NCBI GenBank assembly: GCA_010015585.1
Contig: ML975164.1
Source of the DNA: Eremomyces bilateralis CBS 781.70
Taxonomy: Eukaryota
Strand: one strand, 5' to 3'
DNA: 64,000 nt
Position numbers and translations under genes: made by a program
The notes under the pieces: model-generated
Told to the model about the DNA's origin: nothing
Database searches by the model: none
Seen by the model: the letters and a program-made list of their open reading frames with translations, nothing else
Shown: in pieces, positions 39,495 through 49,538 of the stretch
How positions within the stretch are numbered: position 1 is the first letter of the stretch
Layout: each line of letters starts with the position of its first letter

Positions 39495-40603
39495 ATGGAG
39501 GGCGGCGGTAGACCACCTCTCATCGAAGAGAATAGAGATTCGGGAAATCATACAGTAGAGGGCATCCTCTCCGGGAAATATAATCGGGATTTGCGCCGGT
39601 CCAGTGGCACCGAGACAAATCCTGACCTCACCCCCATCGCAGAATGCGACATCCCTATAGGACCGCTTCGATTCTGCGACTCGATCGCCATTAAGAACTA
39701 CGTACGCACGCTGTATTTAGGCGTCGACCCCTGGCGGCGGGACAACCATTCCGACCAGATCGTCAACGTCTCGGTTCGAGTATGGCGGAAACAAGGATGC
39801 CCAATGACTGTCTCCAAACGGGACGACGAAGCAGGGAAACTAGAGGTCAACTACTCCCAACTGGCGCGGACGATTTCGACGGCATTCGAGACGCTCACGG
39901 CCTCAAGAGAGCTCGCTGAGCAGCATGCGTTGCACCATTTCGTCGAGATCCTATGGCGCGAGATCTCCCAGAGGGCTGTCGACAATGACTGGAAGATCTG
40001 CGCGATGCATATCAAAGCAGACTTGCCCAAGGCGACGCATACGGGAGACTGCCTCAGCCTGGAGCTGTGGCGAGAGCCGAATCTGGGCGATGCCAACCCC
40101 AAGTTAAACAGCTCGATGGTGCTCTGCTTCCAGGGCCTCCGGCTCAACGCCTCGATCGGGTTCCACGCCTTCGAGCATCAAGCCAAACAGCGCCTCATCA
40201 TCACCCTCTGGATCGACACCGTGGACGGCGGCAAGCCCCACGGACCATCCCGCGCACTGCTGAACCACATCCAGGAACTGGAAACCGTTGTCGTCAAGGT
40301 ACGCTCTCTCCATAACCCCTTCCCATATCCCATACTCAGTACTCACCCACCCCGCAGTTCGTCGAGACCACCATCTTCAAGACTCTCGAAGGCATGGGGA
40401 ACGAGCTCCTGGCGCTCGTCAAGCAGCGGCTCGGGGACAGCTTCGCCCCGGATATGGCGCCGAACCTACGGCTCCGCATCGAGAAGCCGTTGGCGGTGCC
40501 GCTGGCAGACGCACCTATGGTGGAGTTGTATCGGCCATGGATACGGCCGGAGGGGCTGGGGAGCGTAGAGGATGGACAATCGGGGAAGAAGCAGAAAGTG
40601 TGA
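39495..40603 (+). CDS. Stand-alone tandem dihydroneopterin aldolase (two FolB-like domains)
   Basis: Domain 1: DSIAIKN..LGVDPW..QIVNVSV..VNYSQLARTI..LPKA. Domain 2: GLRLNASIGFHAFEHQAKQRLIITL..FVETTIFKTLEG..LRIEKPLA. Intron 40299-40357 joins ORF 39495 to ORF 40394-40603. Confidence 0.75.
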
Positions 40604-42580
40604 GTGGTGCGGTCGAGATGTATTTGTGGATGATGGTATTATAGCGGACATATGGTAGACAAAATAGATATAGAATGCTTTACGAAGACGTCATGCGTAT
40701 GAAAACAGGCTTAATACTTTCCTCCACTGCCTCTCTTCGATTCTCTGTTTCTTGTATTGATCCATTTCAGTCTTCAGTCTCCCCATGGCGATTACTTTTG
40801 ACGGCGCATATTATTCGTAAATCCGTCCGAAAGACATATAACTCATAACTTACCTAGGTTGATCAATCATAATTAAGGGATTCAAGGTTGAGGTGCACAA
40901 TCCTTCCCAATCCTCCCATTCAGCTGCTTCTCCCCACGTGTACCAACCACAGTCTCAAGCATGGGATTTCTTAAAGCTCCTCCGAATCCTGACAAGCCCC
41001 CATCACTCATCTCTCATCAGCCTCTCGGGTGAACATCCTGACATGCTTATGGGATATTCCAGGCGACTGGCCACTGGGCAAGCTGGTTGTCTGGTTCAGG
41101 CTCAGCGCTTCGTGTTGAATTTTCTGCTGACTGTGTACATCAGACATTCACACACTAGCTGGGCTCTGCGGATGGTACCGTGGTAACTGGTTGTAGGCGA
41201 TAGGGTAGCAATTGAACGGTTTCTAAATATGACTTTTCACATCATGTTTTTCGGTCCACATTAATTAAAGGACCTGGGAGTGACTGGGACCATGAACTGA
41301 ACCATCAGAATTCCATACTCCCATGGGTGATAGTCAATAGATTATTGAAGCGGCTAAATAAGTAAGAATCCTCTTTGGCTGGGTCGACTGGTGAGGTGGG
41401 TCGGATACGGGATAGAATACGGAGTCGTCTCCGGATATTAGTAGACAGTACGGATACTGTACTGTAGCCTATAGGTATTCCACATCTGGATAAATCTGGA
41501 TTGTATCTGGTCCTGAATCACGAATTCTAGAATCCCAATCCATTGAAAAAATCCAACCTCCAAAGGTTCTAGATATCCAATACATTGCCAATGAAGCCAC
41601 ACATGGGCATGGTAAACGTGCAGCAATCACCAACAACAGCTCACATTGATTCAGCCCGATCATAATCCCAAGCGGTGAGCAAAGAGAAATTCTCCAAACG
41701 TTTTTCCTCGTTGGGGAGCAACCGGGCATCTGGACTCTGGACCCGGCTCAGCTCCACGCCGCCTCCACGGAAGTGCCGCCAATCCTTCCCCTGTTGGACC
41801 AACCCTTGATGGGTCTGACGCCACCCCGCTGAACCGCTGTCAGTCCGGCACAAATGCTCACGACTCACGATGGTCGGGCTGTTCCAGTTGTGATTTGGAG
41901 AGCATTGGGGGGGTTTGGGGGAATTTGGAGGGATTCTGGGAGGCGGTTGGGGCTATGGCGTCTTAGTTGCCTATCCAACGGTGTGGATGATTGGCGAAGG
42001 GGATGGGGAGTTGAGTTAGCGATGATGATGATACAGAAAAGGGAACTGGTAGAAGATTAAGGCGGTAGGGACGAGTGGGAGAGGTACAAATACACCGAGA
42101 TCACCTTCATGGAATCATCCTCTGTATTTCGGTCTTCACTTCAACATAACACATAACACTCGTAATTTCATCTGATCCGATCCTGTTTCTCAATTCATCT
42201 GTGATCAACCACTTGCCTCCCATCTGTCTACCTCATCGCCACTTTCATCTCCCACCGGACTTTCTGCAGATAGCAAACCATCCTGGTTACATCCTGCGAT
42301 TAGCCAAAAGCTTGAGAGTTTCTAAACAAAGGTGAGCTTCATCCCTGCTTCGGTGTTGCCCGCCCTGCTTCGAGCCCCTCACCCGATTTCGTCACCGTGC
42401 GCGTTGAGAATTCCTGTCTTGGGAGTGAGTGTGTGTTATGTGGGAGAGGAGGTGAATGGCGAAACCACCTGAACCCTTCTCGCCCCAATATTTATGACTT
42501 AGTCGTCGCTGACAACTTTCCCTCTTTTTCTGAACAGGACTCTTCGTTTCATATACCATCCAACACATTCACCGTCTGCA

Positions 42581-44763
42581 ATGGTCACGATGACCTCTAA
42601 AGCTCTTCCAACACATCTGAAGCCGGCCGCTGCCCTTGGCAATGGCAACGGGGACGCCGAGTTTGCCAGGAAACATCATGGCAAGACGCAATCCCATGTG
42701 GTAAGTTCCAATCCCTTTGAATTTCACCATGGAAACGAAGATACACAGCAGCTCTTGTATAGAGGTACCAAGCTTGGGTTACCAAGATTGAGGTCGAGCA
42801 GCCGTTGAGGCTCTGAGAATCACCTTGGTTCTCCAGTCTAAACTTCTGGTTCGAGGTGCCAGAAAGTGGAACTCCTCGTGGAATCGCCGCATCACTCAAC
42901 CAAAAGATCCACTCCTATCATGATCATTTCACCAGCTGCACAGCCTCTTCTCCTTTCCTTCATCCCATTTTCCTTCATTTTCATTCTGTATCTCTAGACC
43001 ATTTCAGCTTTAAATCTGCCTCAAGTCTTGTCAGGGCACCACTCCATTTGGAAATTTTTACCGTCTCACCGCCTCTTGAGCTATCGTCACCATGAACCTC
43101 CAACCAAATGCACACGTCCAAATGGACCCAGCGTCAGCTAGAGTCCGAAATGCCTCAATTGCTGTATTCCATCACCTCCCTGCGTTTTGCAAGCTATCAT
43201 GTTGCTCAGAAGTTTGTTTGAGTCTCGCACTGACGTGGATGAATCTAGGCCTTCGAGAATACCTCCACCTCCGTCGCCGCCTCGCAGATGCGAAATGCCC
43301 TTAACAACCTCGTTGAGGGGGTCAAGGACCCGAACGAGAAGGAGGTCCGTTGAATCCACCACAGCTCCGAGATATTTGGCTTACCATTAGTACAGCGATT
43401 CGAGACCGAAATGGACAACTTCTTTGCGCTCTTCCGACGATACCTGAACGACAAAGCAAAGGGAAATGTGATCGACTGGAACCGTATGGGTCCTCCTTCG
43501 GAAGGTCAAGTCGTTGAGTACAACACCCTTGGCAACTCCGAGTCGGTGGAATACCTCAAGAAGTTGGCTGTCGTCAAACTCAATGGCGGTCTCGGTACCT
43601 CCATGGGTTGCGTTGGTCCCAAATCCGTCATCGAAGTCCGTGATGGCATGTCCTTCCTTGATCTGTCCGTCCGACAGGTCGAGTTCCTTAACCGCACCTA
43701 CGACGTCAACGTCCCCTTCGTCCTCATGAACTCCTTCAACACCGACTCCGACACGGCCAACATCATCAAGAAGTATGAAGGCCATAACATCGACATCATG
43801 ACCTTCAACCAGTCACGCTACCCTCGTGTGCTGAAAGACTCCCTCCTCCCCGCTCCTAAGAACTACGACTCCCAGATCTCCGATTGGTATCCTCCTGGCC
43901 ACGGTGACGTCTATGAGTCGCTATACAACTCAGGCATCCTCGACAAGCTCATTGACCGTGGCGTGGAAATCATCTTCCTCTCCAACGCGGACAACCTGGG
44001 CGCGGTGGTCGATCTCCGTATCCTGCAGCACATGGTTGACTCCAAGGCGGAGTACATCATGGAATTGACGGACAAGACCAAGGCCGACGTTAAGGGTGGT
44101 ACCATCATCAACTACGAGGGATCCGTCCGCCTGCTGGAAATCGCCCAAGTGCCCAAGGAGCACGTCAACGAATTCAAGTCGATCAAGAAGTTCAAATACT
44201 TCAACACCAACAACATCTGGATGAACCTCAAGGCCATCAAGCGCGTGGTCGAGAACAACGAGCTCGCTATGGAGATCATCCCCAACTCCAAGTCCATCCC
44301 TGCCGACAAGAAGGGGGAAGCCGACCTCTCCGTCATCCAGCTGGAGACCGCTGTTGGCGCCGCCATCCGCCACTTCAACAACGCCCACGGTGTCAACGTG
44401 CCGCGTCGTCGCTTCCTCCCTGTCAAGACGTGCTCTGATCTCATGCTGGTCAAGTCAGATCTGTACACTCTTCAGCACGGCCAACTGATCATGGACCCCA
44501 ACCGCTTCGGCCCCGCGCCGCTCATCAAGCTCGGCTCGGACTTTAAGAAGGTCTCCAGCTTCCAGTCGCGTATCCCCAGCATCCCCAAGATGCTGGAACT
44601 CGACCATCTCACCATCACCGGGCCGGTCAACCTCGGCCGCGGCGTTCAACTGAAGGGCACTGTCATCATCGTCGCCACCGAGGGCCAGACGATCGACATT
44701 CCGCCGGGATCGATCCTTGAGAACGTGGTTGTGCAGGGAAGCTTGCGGCTGCTCGAGCACTAA
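42581..44763 (+). CDS. UGP1: UTP-glucose-1-phosphate uridylyltransferase (UDP-glucose pyrophosphorylase)
   Basis: [17 protein letters not shown] nucleotide-binding loop, WYPPGHGD and KTKADVKGG. Exon 1 is 42581 (or ATG 42590) to 42700 (..[11 protein letters not shown]); introns 42701-43248 and 43345-43395. Probable 5'UTR intron at 42332-42537. Confidence 0.97.
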
Positions 44764-46094
44764 GCGCCACCGGGCGTTCCGTCTCGTTTCCGGTTTTGGC
44801 GTGTGGATAGGGGCGCGGGCAGTTGGTGAACGCGATTGGCGTGTCACGGGAGGAAGGATCCGCAATCGAGGCAGGCATGCGTACATACATTGCGAATATA
44901 TATACTTCATCCCGCTGTAATGGTTGTTAAGGCTATGCGAGCCTCGAAAGGAGGAAAGTGGGAATGCTTAGGCGATGAAGCGAGGACACCACACTGTAGC
45001 ACTACACTGCATTCCTTACTCTACAGTATGTATAGTAGGTAGCAGTAGTTACTCGCAATGATATGATTAGATTCATAGACTCTATGCCCTTCTGATTCAC
45101 TATTATGCGGTGCTCGCTGACGCGCAGTTTGGTGCATCCATAGATCGGTTTCGTTTGGCCGTCGTCGAATAGGTTTTGTCACATATGGTAATTAAGCACA
45201 TGCATCCGACCCAAGATGACTGGACCGGGAATGTGCCTGGACGGACTCAAACCTTTCGCAACCAGCCGTTTCAGTTCGCCTTGATGCGACTAGCAGACAG
45301 GTAGGTAGATATTCCGTTCGGTCTCCTTCATTCATCGTTGATCACGGGGCAACAAGGCGACTAAGGTCCGGCCTGGCCAGACATGAGACATCAGTAGAAT
45401 ACTCCGATTGATGAGAGTCATATTCAAATTTCAACTCAATCCGATGTCTGGTGCGACAAATGGGAAACACAGCATTCAATAATATAACAATTAAGACAGC
45501 GCCTTTAACCTACGCCAACCAACACACCACCGCCAGCCAAGACGGTTGGTCATCTCTCTGCATACGAAGTCGCGAGCTTCAGCTTGGCCAGCAGCTCGAT
45601 CAGGTCATCCTGACTTCCGATGATGCCGCATGATGCGTCCCGTAGTGCTACTCCGTGCTAAGAACTAACCTGCTCCTCACCCCCGTTGCGTAAACTAACG
45701 ACCTCCCAGTGATCGCTGGTCGGCCAACCCCATGTGGCAGCCTGTCGGAGCCCGTCGTCCTTCGCCCGAGGCTTTAATCTATGTCGAGTTTTCTTTTCGT
45801 GACACCTCGCGAGGACCGATCGTTCTTTGAATCTTTGTTCCACGCGTTGGGTACCTGCGTTGCTGCAGAGCATTTGTCCGTCTATTCTATTCTTTTTGAG
45901 TTCGAGTTTGGGTGATATGCTAGCATGCGGAGGACGTTGGGCGGGTTAGCGCATCGGATTGAGAGAATTTGTGGATTGTCGCTTGGTTTCACATGATTCT
46001 GGACGGAAATCGACCTGATTGTACGGACTCGAGGACTTTAGGATTACCGAGCTGGGTTACGGAGGTCCGTCTTGCGCGTTGAAAGAGTTTCGGG

Positions 46095-48212
46095 ATGGCA
46101 GACGAACCGAAGCCCACCAGTGCGGCGCAGAACGAGGAGGATGGCCACACCGAGCCCTCGGAGGTGGAGACGAAGGAAGCAGTGCAGTATTGGGGATATC
46201 TGTTCAAGGCCGATAAGTGCGGGACGAGTAAGCTGGATCGCCTGCTCATGGGGATAGCGAAACATATCGTAAGTTCCACCCGTCTCGACTATTGCGCGAA
46301 CGACGACTCATGCGCTGCGCAGACCACCACGACCGACCCCAACGACGACTGCACCGACATCACCCCTCACCAACTCGCGACCTTCTACCGCTCCGTCGGC
46401 GGCAACTACGACAGCCTCTTCCTCCACAAACCCCCCGCCTCCATCGCCTTCATCTACAAATCCCTCGGCTGCTCCCACTCCCTCCAACCCAGCGACCTCA
46501 CCGACCCCTACTCGCCCCCCTCCGTCCCCGCCCTGAAGCGCCACGGCTACGTTACCTGGCAGACCATCCAGCTCCTCCTCGAGCCTGCAGAACACGTCCC
46601 CTTTCTCCAAACCGCTGTGCATAAATTCGACATCATCGACCCCGACGAGGGGCGCCGCTTTCCGCGAGTCCTGCCGAAAGAGGTCCTCCCCTCCAAACCC
46701 GACCAGGACATGCTCACCTGGTTCGAGAGCGTCTCGGAGCGCCTACGCCACGACGCGCAGGCGCTCTCGCGACCCCCCTGGGACTCCGCCGACGATCGCG
46801 AATACGAGACCGACGAGCGGGCGGATGCCGCGCGGTATTTCGACCACCAGATGCGACGCGAGCGGGAGCAGGAGCGGAAGCCTAGCCGCCCGGGGACGGC
46901 GCAGCGGTACAGTCGCGAGCCACCGCGGAGCCCGATGGACTTCATCGAGGACCGGGGGCGGGGCGTGGTGAATAGTATTCGGCATGTGTTTGGGCGAGAG
47001 GAACGGAAACATGGGAGGCGGAGGGAGGGGGGTGGGGAGGAAGGGGACGATGAGGGGGTGGGGTTGGAGCGGCGGGGGTATCGGCGAGGGAGCGCGAGGA
47101 ATAGTCCGCGACGAGAGGAAGGGCTGGAGATGGGGCGGCATGCGCGCGGTGGGTCGCATTCGATGGATCTGAGGGATTTGAAAGGGTCGGGCGACCGGGA
47201 ACGAGAGGCACGGCGGGCGTCGAGTCTGCGAGATGGGCGGGCGCCTCATGATCGAATGCCTCCCCCGAATCCGACCGCCAGCTACTCCCCCCGGCCTCGC
47301 CCAGCGGCCGCGCCCACACCATCGCACCCATCCCGCTTCCCATTCCGGCCCCCCTCCCCCGTCCAAACCATCTCGGACTCCGACACCTCCACCTCCACTT
47401 CCACCGCCCCCCACCCGGAGCCAACCCCCCGCCCGCCCCCCCGCCACCGCTCCCACTCCCCTGCCTCCCCCGACGACTACTTCTCCCGCCCCCTCCCCTC
47501 CCGCGACGAACGCCGTCACTCCACGCACGGTGCCCCCGCTTCCCCCACCATTGTCGTCCCCGACCCGGACACCCCCGCAGGGTTCCACCCGAGCGACTCG
47601 CCGATCTTCGCGAAGGTCGTCTCGAACGCGTCGAGCAGCGCGTCGAACCATCTGCACCCGCCGGAGGTGGACGGGGGCGCGCCGAGGAGGTCAAGGAGTC
47701 CCGGGTATGTTCCGCAGGGGGAGTATGGGGGTGAGGGGAGGAGGAGGCAGCGGGTGGAGGGTAAGAGGGACTATAGCGGTGGACCTGTGTATGCGGGGCG
47801 GAGGTACGAGTACGCGGAGGCGGGGAGGAAGAAGGGCGGGAGAGAGAGGGAGAGAGAGGGGGGGGATGGGAGGAGTAAAGAGCGGGAGTGGGAACGGGAG
47901 CGAGATCGGGAGCGCGTGCGAGAGTACGAGATGGATCGGGAGCGGAGTCGGTTGAAGCGGGAGGGTCGGCGGGCGGAGCGGGAAAGGGAAAGGGAAAGGG
48001 AAAGAGATGAGCGGGAGAGGGATGAGAGGGCGTATGCGTATGAGTGGGAGAGGGAGCGGCGGAGCAGGAGTCGCGAGGAGAGGGGGCGGAGTAAGAGTGG
48101 GAGTAGTTCAGCGTATAGTGGGGCGAGCGCGGTGGGTGTGGGGGGGAGGCGGTATCCGGTCGTGGGGACGGCGTCGAGTGGGAGTGGTCGACGGAGGGGA
48201 TTGTTGCCTTGA
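46095..48212 (+). CDS. Fungal hypothetical protein: folded N-terminal domain plus Pro-rich and RE/RS-rich low-complexity tail
   Basis: 705-codon ORF. The N-terminal ~220 aa (YWGYLF..LDRLL.GIA, FYRSVGGNYDSLF, WQTIQLLLEP.EHVPFLQ) look like a conserved globular domain. Probable in-frame intron 46269-46322. Confidence 0.8.
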   Translation: MADEPKPTSAAQNEEDGHTEPSEVETKEAVQYWGYLFKADKCGTSKLDRLLMGIAKHIVSSTRLDYCANDDSCAAQTTTTDPNDDCTDITPHQLATFYRSVGGNYDSLFLHKPPASIAFIYKSLGCSHSLQPSDLTDPYSPPSVPALKRHGYVTWQTIQLLLEPAEHVPFLQTAVHKFDIIDPDEGRRFPRVLPKEVLPSKPDQDMLTWFESVSERLRHDAQALSRPPWDSADDREYETDERADAARYFDHQMRREREQERKPSRPGTAQRYSREPPRSPMDFIEDRGRGVVNSIRHVFGREERKHGRRREGGGEEGDDEGVGLERRGYRRGSARNSPRREEGLEMGRHARGGSHSMDLRDLKGSGDREREARRASSLRDGRAPHDRMPPPNPTASYSPRPRPAAAPTPSHPSRFPFRPPSPVQTISDSDTSTSTSTAPHPEPTPRPPPRHRSHSPASPDDYFSRPLPSRDERRHSTHGAPASPTIVVPDPDTPAGFHPSDSPIFAKVVSNASSSASNHLHPPEVDGGAPRRSRSPGYVPQGEYGGEGRRRQRVEGKRDYSGGPVYAGRRYEYAEAGRKKGGREREREGGDGRSKEREWERERDRERVREYEMDRERSRLKREGRRAERERERERERDERERDERAYAYEWERERRSRSREERGRSKSGSSSAYSGASAVGVGGRRYPVVGTASSGSGRRRGLLP

Positions 48213-49538
48213 TCGGGAGAGGACCTCCACGGTTATGAAGTAATGCCATGATGACTGGATGAGCAGGAACAGTGTTATGTCCGCAATTGGACTACTGTTG
48301 GACACTGGTATATATAACGTCCCTACCTTAGCTACTTACTGTACAGCGATATATGATAGCCATGTTACTATTGTTCTTATATTCACTCTTTACACATTTC
48401 CCTGCCCCTAAGACCTTGACCGCTCCGAGCCTCATGAACGTCTTAACTCGTGACCGTGAGAGACAATCCCACCCACTTATCACTGATCACCTGGCCGGCT
48501 GGGCCGCCAACCAGTCGCCCATGTCCTTGATCATCATTGACGGTCCATGCCAGTTGCCAAGTCCCCAACAGATTCCGATCAACCCGATCTGCTCACCCAG
48601 CCGTCTGCAGCTAGTGACAAGTGACAAACTAGTATCGCGAAAGGAAAGCTAGCGTCGATCATGTGCAGGAAGGCAGCCTGAGGGCCTGAGGCAGGAGCCT
48701 GAGGCAGGGCAAGGAATGGGCAACGTAAGCTCTCCATGTCACACGTCACAGTATTACGATGATGATTACCGGAGATAATATGGTAGGTGCTAATTGATTG
48801 CTAGGAGAGGGATTATCAATCTTAAGATCATGCAACGGAATAACCCACGATACCATCATTTCCGTTTAGCGGATAGATGAAAGACATTGATAGTTTGCTT
48901 GGCGCAGCACTAAATCCGCCAGCAATGAGCTCACGGCTCACGGCTTTCCACCTTCCATGGCACAACAACCGAAGCTCATTCTCAACCAGACGACATCTGG
49001 CAGTCTGTCACTCTGGAATTCCACTGCGTCACCCCAACCCCCCCTTCCTTTTGCCATCCTTCTGTTCCTCTCCTCCACTCATTCCCACTTCATCCCCTCT
49101 AGCCTCCTCCACTCCGTCATCCCGCCCAACCAAGTGGAGTCCATGAACCCGAGCGGCTTCGGCGTCGCAAGAGATCCTAGCTCCACCGGTTAGCAGGCCC
49201 AGATGGTGCATACGTCGGCGCTTCATTTCCATTTTACTACCCTCCACTAAGCTGATTTGCAACCGGAATTCCTCCTCGCCATCTTAACCTCACGAATCCT
49301 GGCGATAAGCAGGTCCAACTACTCATCGTTGTGCAACATTCCCCCCAATTGAGCGTTTGCGTGCCGTACTATTCACCTCCCCGCTGCCATCTAACCCAAC
49401 TGCCCATCATACACTACAATCGTGATATCACTTCCCTCCTTTGTCCACCTACCTTCCTTTGCTCTTCTCTTACACCTACGGCGCGAACGCAACTCCACCT
49501 CCTCTCCGCAGTCCTTAAATTCCTCGGACCCAGCCACT

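Noticed and set aside
42332..43248. Intron-encoded snoRNA or riboswitch in the long UGP1 introns
   Set aside because: I saw no paired C/D boxes, H/ACA hairpins or TPP aptamer core; an Rfam scan would be needed to exclude them fully.
46743..48249. Long antisense ORFs (435 aa and 304 aa), and similar ones opposite FPR4, STI1, UGP1 and tricalbin
   Set aside because: These are shadows of GC-rich, codon-biased sense genes with low-complexity translations and no recognisable motifs.
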